NCBI GenBank assembly: GCA_043228905.1
Contig: JBHGNT010000011.1
Location: forward strand, 14,260,001-14,324,000
DNA from: Azolla caroliniana
Taxonomy: Eukaryota; Plantae; Polypodiophyta
Reading direction: 5' to 3'
Length of the DNA stretch: 64,000 bases
Positions 50,301 through 62,522 of the stretch are shown here, one piece after another. How positions within the stretch are numbered: position 1 is the stretch's first letter; the number at the start of each line of letters is the position of its first letter. The translations under genes and the position numbers were made by a program. Below the pieces are notes generated by a model. That model was not told where the DNA came from. It worked only from the letters and a program-made list of their open reading frames with translations, and ran no database searches.

Positions 50301-51410
50301 TACCTTGGCTTTTAATGGTTCAAATACATAACTCATCACTTATTGTTTAGAAGATACGCTTAGATAAACCTTGATAGTTTTGAATACACATCTAATCATT
50401 TCGGATTTAGAAGATAAACATACATTCGCCTTGAAAGTTTCGAATGGATATCTAATCATTTAGGATTTAGACGATAAACTTACATTAGAGTTTATAGTTT
50501 TTAATATATGTGTAATTATTTATTGTTAAGAAGATACACATTGCATGAAAGCCTACGGTGTTGAACTTATCTTTAATCATTTTCAGTTTAGAAGATTAGC
50601 TCTAATTCATTAGCATTTATAACTTAGAAGAGACTTACTTGCATCTTGAATCATTTGGGTGGGGGTAACAATATGGGGTTGTGGGGAGAGAGCAGCTTCT
50701 ACACCCTTCGCCAAAGATATGATGATTGGCATTGTTCTTCTCTCTCTCCAATACTCCCCAATCTCCTCAAAAACTGGCCGAGTTTCCGTTGATGGAAGAC
50801 CATTGATAACAATATCAGCATCCCACACAGCTTCTTGCAAATTAGTAACCACTTTGAGAGGACAAAGAGGAGTATCAGGCATATTAATACAAAATCCATC
50901 TCTCAGGATTTCATCGGCATATAGGATTCGATCTCCTAATCTACCCTCAACATATTTGAGATAAGCACATTTCCGAATGAGTCTCCGAAGGACATCTTCT
51001 CGACCATTAATGACTTCAAATAGATGTTCGGCAGCTTCTTTATCTATAGCTTTTCCAGGTCGTCGCCATATCCGGATTTGGACCTTGTCCCGGAGGTGAC
51101 CATAGGCATCTTGAAGCATGGCGATGAATACACTTCCCCATGCGCCCGCTCCGATTCCAACAATGCGAAGGGGATCACCATCGGCCTTTTCGATAAGCTT
51201 CCGGATTTCACTAAGTCTTTCTTCAGCGGATTGCATAGTCTTCTTGTTACTATTAGTACTAATATTACTAGTTTTGTTGGTAGAGTTACTACTTTTGGGG
51301 GTAGTAGTATTAGTGGTGCTAGATTTGGACACCTTGAGACAGGCTAGGTGACCATTTCCATTCATGTTTTCTGCATGATGTCCATTTGCATATGGCATGT
51401 TATCATCCAT
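47381..51410 (-). CDS. GPDHC1: Cytosolic NAD-dependent glycerol-3-phosphate dehydrogenase, 5 coding exons
   Basis: Exons ~51410-50639 ([17 protein letters not shown]...[10 protein letters not shown]), ~49877-49654 ([12 protein letters not shown]...[12 protein letters not shown]), ~48770-48524 ([20 protein letters not shown]), 48166-48027, 47525-47381 ([11 protein letters not shown]...*). Rossmann GxGxxG and catalytic motifs intact. Confidence 0.95.
47691..47916. repeat. 2 x 113-bp tandem repeat, purine/pyrimidine-alternating, in the last GPDH intron
   Basis: tatgtacacggatgtacaagtgtaagtgtatgtaccacattgtatgcatagatg... starts at 47691 and 47804. Confidence 0.9.
50055..50600. repeat. Degenerate 60-bp tandem array (~9 copies) in the first coding-region intron of GPDH
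   Basis: atcatt...tttagaagata unit recurs with exact 60-bp period at 50341, 50401, 50461, 50521, 50581 and more loosely upstream. Confidence 0.8.
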
Positions 51411-51823
51411 TATATGCAGTCCCCCCTGTTCTTTCTAACTCTAAAAGAAGAAGAAGAAACAAGTAAAAGAAAATATTTTTTCCCGAAGTACCTAGTTGAG
51501 AAGCGCTTCTTCTCCAATGGCTTCTTTTTCGTCTCTTTTGGCTCTTTTCTTCCTTGTAATATTGTATTCTTCTCTAATGGAATTCTTTTCTTCTATTTTG
51601 AAGTATGTTTTCTTCCCTTCTGATGGGTTTCTTTTCCTTCTCTTTTGGGGGCTCCTGTCCTTCTCCTCCGTTTCTTCTCTTTATTAACTCCTCTGCTAAA
51701 AGGTCCTTTATTTATTTACCCTTCAATCTCTGACTATATAGAAAAGGCTCTCAAGAATACCCACTGAGCTTCTCTTCAATATCAAGACACTATGCTAAAA
51801 AATGTACATATCTAATGCTTCTG

Positions 51824-51828
<5 letters not shown>

Positions 51829-51859
<31 letters not shown>
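51829..51859. repeat. (AG)n microsatellite in the GPDH 5' region
   Basis: Direct reading. Confidence 0.9.
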
Positions 51860-51860
<1 letters not shown>

Positions 51861-52139
51861 GAGATTAATGTAAAGGAGATGATATATGAGGGAGTTCGGA
51901 TTTGGGTTCTCAAGATTCTTAATCTTCTTTTAAAGAAGAGAACGAGCTACAATTACGCCTATGGCTATGGCTATTCATAACCCTAATCTAGGGGGTCTTT
52001 GACAGAGAGAGAGAGGGAGAGAGAATGTTCATGATTGCTTTCCATTTGTGAAACACAGAGTTCTGAGAGCTTACTTCAGTTAATAATAATGGTGATGGAT
52101 GAAATGAATCATGAATGGTTTCGTGGATACAGAATGGTG

Positions 52140-52376
52140 AGATGTATATATGTATGTATATAAATTACATATACATATGCATGAACATACATACATATGG
52201 ATGGATGGATGGATGGATGGATGGATACATGTGTGTGTACATATTGCATGATATGTATGTATGTATATGTGTGAGAATGAAATGAATGCTTACATGATAT
52301 ATGTATATGTATGTATATGATATATGATATATGTACATCTATGTGTGTGTGTGTGTGTGCATGAATGCATGCATGC
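52140..52376. repeat. Compound AT/ATGG/GT simple-repeat block
   Basis: (ATGG)n 52196-52226, (GT)n 52342-52359, mixed tatg runs. Confidence 0.8.
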
Positions 52377-55300
52377 AAAGGTAAGGCAGAGGTGGGGAGG
52401 GTGGCTAAGGCACATTAAAGAGGGCTTGTTTGCTAGTGGGTTGGAAAGTTGGGTTGATAGGTAAGAACCAACCAACCATAGTTAACACACATATAAAATC
52501 AAAAAATAACCCTGGCAAGCAAAGAACCCATGGTGGGTTGTGTTATTGCACCCCTTTTTGTGTGCGCGCATGCGTGTGTGTCTCTTATTGTTGCCTCTAC
52601 CTCTGTATTAGGTATTGATCGAGGCTGGTTCACACCTATGACGGCATCAATGTGTTGGCCTCCCATGGCCGTGAAAGAGGGGTTTTGGGTGGGAAGGGGC
52701 AGTTCTATTATCTTCATTGCTCGAGCTAGGTTCAAAGGAAAGAGGGTGTGGAAGAGCTCTTTTTCGGGATGCGAACGTGAATGCGTTCTACTACTTAGGC
52801 TAGGGCTCACAAGAAAAACAAAAAGGTTCATCTAGGGGCACGTTGAAGAAATTCACAACGATGTTATTTCAATAGAGGAGCTTGAAGTGCCTTTAGGGTA
52901 GTGAAAGTGACTATGTTGTCTATGCTAGTTAGGGGATAAAAAGCTCTTTGTGTGGGGGCTATGATGTTTTTGTTTTTGTTGTGTAGATTATTAGGTTTCT
53001 TAGAAGACGATGTTGAAGCTCTTCGTTGGGGTGAATGCAACACCTAAGGAGGGAATAAAATGACGATATTGCTATTGTGATGGTTTAGGTTAGGTTAACA
53101 TAATAAAAAAAATAGAAGTCTTCCAAATGCATGACAATGATATTGTTTTGTTCAAAAAATAAAGCATGTTGTAATTCTTCTTAAGGTGAAAAGGCAATGC
53201 TACTATTATTTGCTTGAAAGAAGTCCATGAAAATAGGATACGGAAATTCCCTATTGCACGTAAAAATGACAATATTACTATTGTGTTCATTGCATCATTC
53301 AGGGTCACTTTCATATACGTATAAGTGATATACACTTTGCAAGTTTCGCAAGAGAGTGCATATGAGTTCTTCTTGAGGCATGATATTGATATGCCATCGT
53401 TGCTTATGCTAGTTTACAATAAGACAATGTAGAAACTCTCATACACAACATGAAAGTGACGTGGCATGGTTTTGATGAAGGTTTAGGATTAAGGTGATTA
53501 TCATATAAAGCTCATTGGATCTCATGGTGGATGGACATTGAGAGGTATATGTAAAGTGGACACAAGGAATGTCAACTTCCAAAATGGATATCTTGACATG
53601 TGCAAATTGATTCAATTAATGTGGGTACACCTTGGATAAGAAACGTTTCAAATAGTTTGGCTTTCATGTTTGTTGACAACATTGGGCAATTATCATAGCG
53701 CATCAACAAGCTACTCGTTTTAATATTGTTGTTCCCTCCATCGATCACATAGAAATCAAAACTTTGTAAATTGCTTACACTAATGGATGGATATCTTTTC
53801 AAACAAGGAAAAAAAACCCGTTTACAAATTGTAAGCCTTAAGTTGCCAAAATATTTTGATTCTAAAGAGAATTGAATGGAACACAAAAAGTATCAAGTAG
53901 CAATGCACAATTGTACAATGTGCTAAAGAAGTATGGATGTTGTGAGATGGACGGTGGCAAATAAAATAAGCATTTCAAGACAATTTGTGGGACAAGCGTA
54001 CATGAGCTTATTACGATTTGATTCGAAGGACGCGACCAAAGGTATTTGCCTTTGGTGGGACTTTACTTTTTAATACTCTTTTTTGTGAATACTCTACTTA
54101 TGGCGAAGCATGATCTATCTCTGCTATACATATCAACATGCATACCTGCATGTCATATTGCTTATCCATCCATTATTGAATCATATGGCATGTGACCTAT
54201 CCTCCCTTGATTTTAATAGGCAATTGGATGGATGATCATGATGATGATGTCGATGATTGATATCATTGTCATCATGACAACAACTAAGCCCTTCCATGTT
54301 GCTACGTCTCTTTGCTTATGAAATTCACATTGGATTGATGAATTCAATACTAATCAATGCTGCTTGTTTTGAGACGTGAGACAATAAATGATGTGTAGTG
54401 TGTTTAAATGAAAAGTAAATAAATTAAAGATAGTATAGAAAGACTACAAATCAAACATATTTCCGATAGTTTCCACACATAATCCAACAAGGTGAAACGA
54501 AAATATTATTAATCTTTGTATATTTTCACTTCATCGTGTTTTGCTTGTAAAGTTTGGGGGATTATGGTCCAATTATTGTCCATGCATTTACGACTTTCTT
54601 GCTCCCTCATACCCATTAAAATGATCTATGTTCTTAATTTTCAAACAATATTTTATTTATCTATGTATTTGGAGTTTCATATTTTAAAAATATATAAAGT
54701 GTTTCGCCTATCTAAGTCGGGGGGGCATGAGTGGTTATGATGAAGCTCTCTTTGAGGAGGAATAGTCATCTACCAAGGTCCTGACGTGGAGATCTTGGCT
54801 GGTATGGGACAAATTAGGATTCTTCGTTTGTGCAATCGACTTTGGCACAAGGGTGGATGGGTGATAACGCATATTTTCCGTATGGTTGTGTCACTTATGT
54901 CCAAAGTTATTTTAAGATTAATGATATTAGTTATTACATATGGTATTAGGGCGATTTTAATCCTAAAAAAATTATGTTTGATTGGATTCGTGTTGTGTGC
55001 TATAGTACGGGAAAATATTTTTTACAGACGAATGTATGTTAAACAATGTATTGGGGGAGTGTCGAAAATGCCACGGAGATTCGGTTTGGGGTGATGCGTT
55101 AATGTGCAGTGTATTGTATGGGGTTTGTGTAATTAAAATATTGAGGGTTTGACATGGGCCCTATCACATCAAGATTTGTGTGATGGGTTGGTTGGTTAGT
55201 AGATTCTTGTTATATCCTTGAAAAAGGCATTGAGTTTGATCCACTAATGGACCAAAAATCACGGGGTTAAGTAAAAGAGAAAAGGAGATCTATAAAGTTG

Positions 55301-56329
55301 TTGTTGTTATTATTATTATATTTGTTTTACGTTTAGATATTTAATATATATTTTTTAAATTTAAAGCACCATAAATATTCTTTTATTTTATTTTTGTACA
55401 CCCCTCTTGATCACGATGGACATGCCCTTGAGACAAGCCTTGTGTGGAGATCGTATCCCTAGCATCCCTAGAGGTCGGCCACCAATATATTATAGGTGAT
55501 GCTTGATTATCTAATTTTCGATGGATTAATTGATGATCATGATATAATTAGAGAATGATCATCGACAATAAATGTTAATAAAATTTGCCAATAGAACTAG
55601 GGTGATGATCATTGAATGTTAATAATATATTGATCATCGACCCTATGGTTATTTGGAAGGGCCACAATCATCCATCACCATGGGTGCATTTTAATTACGT
55701 GATGATGGGTGGATAAACCATAGATCATTAGCATTTATGGATGAGATCATCAACGTCCATTAATAGATCCGAAGGAGGGAGATAAGAAAAAAAAAGTGTT
55801 TGAGAGGGGTATCATGAGTATGAAATGGATGGGAGGAATTTTAGGATGATGAGTGAAGGGATGTTTTGATCATCACCATTATTTGGTTAGATAGTGATTC
55901 TCAAGGAAGTCATCTACTATCCCTACCAACTTCCTAAAAGGAGATGTTTATCCATAAAATCTAAACTAGGAATTCTCATAAACTAAAAGGGAGAAATTCT
56001 TACTTTCGAGGAATTCAAGGGATTATCCTTAGAGGGGTGGTTACCGACTACGCATCATCGACTTCCTAAAAAGGGAGGTTTGAATTCACAATGTCTAATC
56101 TAGGAATCCGTATAGATGGAAAGGGGATAAATGCCTAAATTGGACAATCTAGGGCCCCGATCTTTTATCCTCGCCAACTTTAAGGAAATTGGGTTTATAA
56201 GTATCCCACTCTCTCACGATATATGACACTTTACTTCCTTATCCAAATTCTAAGGTATTTTATAACACACTTTAGTACTTTAGACTTTAGTACACTTCTT
56301 CCTTTACTCTCTCAACTCTCCTTATTTTG

Positions 56330-57036
56330 GTTCAAATGGCTTCCTCCTCTCGCAATTCCACACATCACACATCACCCAACCATTGTAGTTTTTCGGCACA
56401 TCCCACATCTCCCGCCCGACAAGGTCATCCAATTTCTCCTATGCAAGATGTGGACGATTGACCAATATCTCCAGTTCGTGACGAGGATATTAACGATGAT
56501 ATCGAATTCGTCACGAGGGATGATTTCTGCAAAACGCAAGACGATACTGTCAAATCAAGGACAATGGTCACAACTGTGTCCTCCTCCAAACTTGAAGGGC
56601 TTCTTGATGTAAATTGGAATCAGTTTAAAAATCTTCAACAACAAATTTTAGAGTTAAAGCCACACCCTTCCACATCAAGCAATACGAAAAAGCCTTCATT
56701 TACTCCTCAATAGTTCTTAGGAAGGGATAAGCAACGCAACCACGAGCTTGTCAACAGTTGGATAACCGATGGAATGCGGCTCACTTTTGCCTCGAGAATA
56801 TTCAAAATGACTCTAAAAAAAATCGATATGGCGGTTCGTGAGATCATCGGTGCCGCAAACTCTTGGTGGGAGGGGTTGGATAGAAAATCGGGAACGTGGG
56901 AGGCATTTGAAAAGACTCTCATGATGGAATTTGTCAGTCCCAAGACAACTTCCCAAGTGATACAAGATATGTGTCACTTGTCGGATAAAGGCAAGACTAT
57001 TTACCAATTCAATCAGTATTTCCGCAAGTTGATAAT
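56330..57036 (+). mobile_element. Decayed Ty3/Gypsy gag remnant, cut at 57036 by a Copia insertion
   Basis: Retrotransposon-gag motif AANSWWEGL...TWEAFEKTLMMEFVSP...TIYQFNQYFRKL in ORF 56774-57085; 5' limit approximate. Confidence 0.7.
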
Positions 57037-57972
57037 TGTTGAGAATCAAGCTCAACATAGTGCAACGTGTGAACACACCCATTGAGAATCAATGATCACT
57101 CAAAGGTCACGAGTCAAACCACTACTCTCTACACATTAATTATGTGTCATAGAATCATATTCTATGACACATAACTAATGAATTCCATATTCCCCATGAC
57201 TATGAGTCTTCACATTCCCCAAGAGAGAGTAGTTGTTGTAGTGAGTTAATGAAGAGAGAGGGTTACCTTATATAAAGCACCATTCTCCTACTTCATACTA
57301 AGTCGGTTGTGACTCCTTGTAATGCTACATTTTGTATTTGCTATTTTACTTGTAAATATACATCTTCTTCTTCTTGAGTATTTCATTTCTCTAGCTTATC
57401 TATCTTGCGTTTCTCTTCTCTCATCTCTTTTTCTCTCACACATAACACACATCTCTTCCGTTACACAAGAATCATATTTGATTCTTTACATGGTACCAGA
57501 GCGGTTTGGTAACTTGATCTAGCCCACCCGCTTGCGTTGTGCTCTACGTTGACATTCAAGAAGAATCGACTCATCGTTATTGTAGTGCGACTACATAGCT
57601 CGTGTTCGAGAGAGAAGGGAAAGAAGAAAGAAAGTTTCATTGACAAGGAATACTCAAATGGGGAGCGCTCTCCCTAGCGAAAAGTTGGATTGAAACAACT
57701 TTGCATCTTGAGAGTACAAGATGCACCAATACCTTGTCGGTCAAGGATATTGGAGCTACATCAAAGGAGCACAAAAAAATCGACCCGACCCGAGAGACGC
57801 TGACTACTCAACATGGGAACAAGCGGTAAACCGAGTGATTTATTGCTTGGCGACATGTGTTCATGATCACATGCTCGACTACATTTGAGAAGCCGAGGCG
57901 CCGAAGAATCTACAGAAGATTTTCATGGCCAACACCACTGCAAGAAAGCTTCAACTCTGCCAAGAGTTGATT
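57037..57972 (+). mobile_element. Copia element A: 5' LTR (57037-57490), PBS, start of pseudogenised gag; interrupted at 57972
   Basis: TGTTGAG...TTTACA LTR with TATATAAA near 57269; PBS TGGTACCAGAGC 57491-57502; gag from ATG 57658 (MGSALPSEKLD*NNFAS*EYKMHQYLVGQGYW...). Confidence 0.85.
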
Positions 57973-59754
57973 TGTGAAAAGAACAACGTGGGGAAGCAAC
58001 AAAAAGCAGAATGTAGGAAAACACAGGTTTAATGGAGAGCTTGGACACACACACAATACACGGGAGAGGGAGAGACAGAGAGAGAGTCAATACACACAAC
58101 TCTATTCAAAAAATAATACTCAGTCTGTACATAGAATGTGCTCAGTGAGCACTTTTATACAAGTTCATATAGACTGACAAAAGTATTGGCATGTACTTCA
58201 ATGCTCATAATTGAGCTCTACACTAACTCCTAAAATATATTCCTACGCGGAATATCTTTCCAACGGCCTCGCGGTTTACGCACCACTACGGCTTCTTGTT
58301 GCGCACCGGTTTATGCACCGGTCCGGCCTAACCGATCAGTCCCAATTGATCTGGTTCTCGGCTTGCAAAACCGATCCGGCCAATGTTGAGCTTGTATTTC
58401 AACACTCCCCCTCAAGCTCAACTCGAGGCTCTTGTGGTTCTTTTGAGTCACCGCTCCGGTTTCTTCTAGCTTCACGCCTCACTCGCGCTCCTCGACATGT
58501 TCGATTCCGCGCGCCTCGACCCTTCCGGTCGGCTTGTGTGCTCGTGTGGCCCTTCTCAGCTCCCTTGCCATCGCGGTGTTGGCGCCTCTTTGGCTACCCT
58601 TTCTTACGCTTGGCCCTCGGTTGATTTAGCGTCTCCGAATCAAACATCCGAACCAAATCGGCTTCCTCCGATCGGTTTTCGCTCTCATCCGAGTTGGCTT
58701 CATCTCCCCCACGCTTGACAGACTTCGGCTCTTTCTTTTGGTTGCTTCCCTCACGTTCGCTTTTGGACTCTTTCGCGGACCTGCCCTGGGCTTCTTCAAC
58801 CGACCCGAAATCGAATTCGTCATTCGACTCAGCGTAACGGTCTTTTCTGCTCCTTTCCTGCTCCCTTCCGTGGTCTTCCGGGACTTCTCTCCCCCTCAAG
58901 TTCAACACATCAAGATGTCGCAACCCAAGCGCACCTGAGAATTGCCGCAACTTGTTGAGACCAAGGGGCTTGGTGAAAATGTCGACGATCTGCCGATTCG
59001 TCAGAACATACTGAAGTTCGACATCACCAGAGAGGACACACTCGTGGACAAAGTGGTAGTGCACCTCAATGTGCTTAGTCCGGGTGTGGAAGACAGGGTT
59101 CTTCGCTAACTGGATGTTGCTGAGGTTGTCGCAGTAGATCATCGTCGGATCAGACACCTCCACCCACAGATCCTTAAGTAGTTGTTTCAACCAGATGGCT
59201 TTGCATGTTGCGACAACGCTCCTCTATACTCAGCTTCGATGCTCGACAATGCTTTTGTCGGTTGCTTCTTGCTACTCCACGCGATCGCAACACTCCCAAG
59301 AGAGAATGCGAATCCGGATGTGGATTGGCGATCGCCGGTGTTTCTGGCCCAATCAACATTGGTGTAGCCGACTAACTGCACGGTTGTATTGTTCCAATAT
59401 AGTAACCCCTGGTCCTTAGTGCCATTGACGTACCGGAGTACGCATTGTGCGCACCGAAGGTGCTCCTCGGTTGGCCGTGCCATGAACTGACTAATCACTC
59501 TGACCGGGTAACTGAGGTTTGGTCAAGTGATAGTCAAGTAGATGAGGCTTCCGACAATCTGTCGGAACCTCTTCGGGTCGCAAACCTTTCCGGAGTCGGG
59601 GCGAAGCTTGACGGTTCTATCCAGAGGAGTCGAGACAGACTTACAACCTGCCATCCCAAACTTGAAGAGCATACCCAGCACGTAATGTTGTTGGCTGATC
59701 AAGATGCCTTCGGGGGTACTGATCACTTCGATCCCAAGGAAGTAATGAAGGTCC
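57973..59754 (-). mobile_element. Copia element B (3' part): RT end, RNase H, C-terminal extension, PPT, 3' LTR (58404-57973); interrupted at 59754
   Basis: DLHYFLGIEV, FRQIVGSLIYLTIT, WSSKKQPTKALSSIEAEY, IYCDN...NPVFHTRTKHIEVHYHFV...DIFTKPL; PPT CTTGAGGGGGAG 58416-58405; LTR TGTTGA...TCACA. Confidence 0.88.
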
Positions 59755-62078
59755 TGTCAAATACGAGTGTATAATGGCCGTATTCACATTGTCCCTTTGG
59801 ACAACCCAAGTTCGGGCTATTTCTGTAAATAGCATAAAGGGCAGTTGCCCTAGGATAGTCACTATATAAAGTGACTTTGTAACCTTTAGTGAGGGTTGTT
59901 GTTGTTTTTGTCATTTTGTAATAGTTGCTATTTGGAATATAACGTTTCCTTTGTGCCTCTCTCTCTCTCTCCCCCTCTGTGTCTATCTTGCTCATGCATA
60001 CACAGGTTCTTCTTCATCACGAATGTTGCTTGCACTTCCGCATTGACGGCCTTGTCCCCAACATTTGGTATCAGATTGTTGGAGGTTCTTCAACCCGCTG
60101 CCGGCCGTAATCGCTCAACACAACATTCTGTTTTCGTTTTCCTTGAAGAACAGAGAAGGGAGAAGAAAAACAAAAAGCTCGCATCTCACTGTGTTAAATC
60201 ACAAATTGGAGTAAGCCAGTTGGTTGTACTTTGTTCCTGTTATTGTAACCGCTTGAGGGGATCTCCTTGAGCAACAACCGACCCAATCGTGCTTCATTCG
60301 GTTAAACAACATCCGAATAGGTCACCGGACGCTATTCACTCGCTTGCTGTAACCACCCGCTGTAGATTGGTCTCTTGGCAACAACCACTTTGTGCTTCAC
60401 TCGGCTGATCGACATTCGGGAGGATCAGTTGGATTCGTCCCTCTCATCGTTGTAGTCATCCGAAGCAGAATCGGCCCAAACAATCAGTTTCGTGTAATCG
60501 GTATTCAGCATAAAATCAGAAGCTAACCGGGCTCACTCCGACTCGGCAACATTCAGGAAGACTAGCCGGTTCTGTCCCTCAAGTTACCAGAGTCACTCCG
60601 AGCAGGTTCAACAACAAGTATCCAAAACCAAACCGACTCGGGTTCAAAACCGACTAGAACGATATCGGGTGAGCCAACCGGCTGCACCCCACTAAGGTTC
60701 GTAGTAAACTCCGAACTGAATCTTCCCAACTGAAACCGAATTAGATGGCATCAACATTTGGCTCATCGGAGATGAGTTTAAGGAGGTTCGACGGCTCGAA
60801 CTTCAACTTCTGGAAGGAACAAATGCAAGACTATCTCATAGTCAAGGGTCAGATAGACCCGATTGAGAATGAAAATCCTCTAGAAGCATACAAGGCAAAC
60901 GAGTGGCTAAAGCTGGACAGAATCGTCCGCGCCACGATTCGGATGCACTTGTCGGAGTCAGTGTACTTCACAGTGCAATCATGCACAACAACGTTTGAAC
61001 TTTGGAAAACACTATCGGAAACTTATGAAAAGAAGGTCGCCGCAACGAAGATGTATCTGATCCGGCGCCTCTACAACTTGCGGATGAAAGAATCCAATTC
61101 GGTTTAGGCACACCTCAACGAGTACGACAACATAAACTCCCAAATCTCGTCTCAGGGGATGACAATCGAGGATGAACTCAGAGCAATGATACTCATGAGT
61201 AGCCTCCCCTCTTCATGGGAAACTTTCGTTACAACCGTGTGCAATGCTTCAACAGCTGCCGTTAAGTATGCCAAAGTCATGAGCGCAATCCTAACTGAAG
61301 CAACTCCGAGAAAGTCTTTCGCCAAAGACTCGGAAAATGAAGCTTACGTAGTACAAGGTTCGACCGACCGATCGAACAACCGGGGAAGAAGTTCTTCCCG
61401 ACCGCCGAACAATCAGCGAAGCCGGAGCAAGTCTCAGGACAACCGAATCTGCAACTATTGCAAGAAACCAGGACACATCAAAGCCGACTGTCGGGCACTC
61501 AAAGCAAAAACCGACAAAGCTCAGAGAGTGGATCAGAAGAGTAGCCAACATGAGGAGGTCAACTACGTCGGCTCTTCAGCCGAAATTTTGACGACCGACC
61601 CAAACATACTATAAAGAACCCACTTGAATAAGAAATTATGCTTACGACTGAGGAATCGAGCACATGGCGCCTGGACTCGGGGGCATCGTATCATGTGACA
61701 CCTCACCGATCTCAGTTTCGGCAATACTAGGACCGGCACTCCGACTCAGTTCGAGCCGGAAACTCGTAGCATTGTGCTATAATCGGAATCAGCACCGTAG
61801 AGCTCAACCTTATGGGTGGCTCTACACTCGTACTACAAAACGCCTGACACGTTCCTGAGCTCTTAAAGCCCTTGATCTCAGTCGGACAACTTGACGAAGC
61901 CGGCATCCATGCAAGATTCTCATCAGGAGGGTGGACACTCCACAAAGGGAACCTCCTGCTTGCTCGAGGACCAAAGGTACATTCCTTGTATCCTTTATAT
62001 CTTTATATGTCGGGTGACTTATTTTTGGCAGATATCCCCGTGTCATCGTTATGGCACAGACGACTTGGACACCTCAGG

Positions 62079-62522
62079 TGTCATGAACACATGACCATTA
62101 TGACGTCACCCGGTCTTGAACCTCGAACCTTGTAATCCATACTTGAAAACCTCAACCATTAAGATAGCTTATTGTTATATGAAACAATAAAAGCTACTTC
62201 TTGTATTACATTGATTATTGTAAAACCTCTACATTATTCTAGAATGTTCTAGAATGTCCTAGAGCATTCTAGGTCTAGAACATTCTAGAACATTCTAGAA
62301 ATCTCTAAGCTATTCTATTGGAACCTATAAATAAGGGCATACATGTATTCTCAAATCAATTCGAATCAACACCAGTCTTTAGCTCTCATTACATATATTG
62401 TATCCATTCTCTTTCTTTCTCTATCTTATACATCCATTCTTCTCTTAGTATTTCGTTCCTTTCTTCTCGTGTTCTCTAATATCCTTCTTCCATCACTCTA
62501 TCTTTTATCCTTGGTTCTAACA
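62079..62522 (+). mobile_element. Solo LTR (444 bp) inserted in the integrase N-terminal region of Copia C
   Basis: TG...CA ends; removing it plus one flank copy restores GHL-SKAGITHL; imperfect 5-bp TSD tcagg/ttagc; TATAAATA at 62326-62333; CT-rich 3' half. Confidence 0.85.
62236..62333 (+). promoter_or_regulatory. Tandem heat-shock elements (inverted nGAAn arrays) plus TATA box in the solo LTR
   Basis: TTCtaGAAtgTTCtaGAA (62237-62254) and GAAcaTTCtaGAAcaTTCtaGAA (62278-62300), 25 bp upstream of TATAAATA. Confidence 0.8.

Noticed and set aside
51492-51680. ~61-codon K/R/E-rich open frame upstream of GPDH on minus
   Set aside because: Bounded by stops with no ATG; GA-rich 5'-UTR sequence is naturally stop-poor.
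52900-55900. Old repeat-like intergenic DNA with short ORFs and tgatcat-rich patches
   Set aside because: Too degenerate to assign; short ORFs have no recognisable domains.
58211-58938. Plus-strand ORFs antisense to the Copia B 3' region
   Set aside because: Shadows of the GC-rich minus-strand extension and LTR; no independent evidence.
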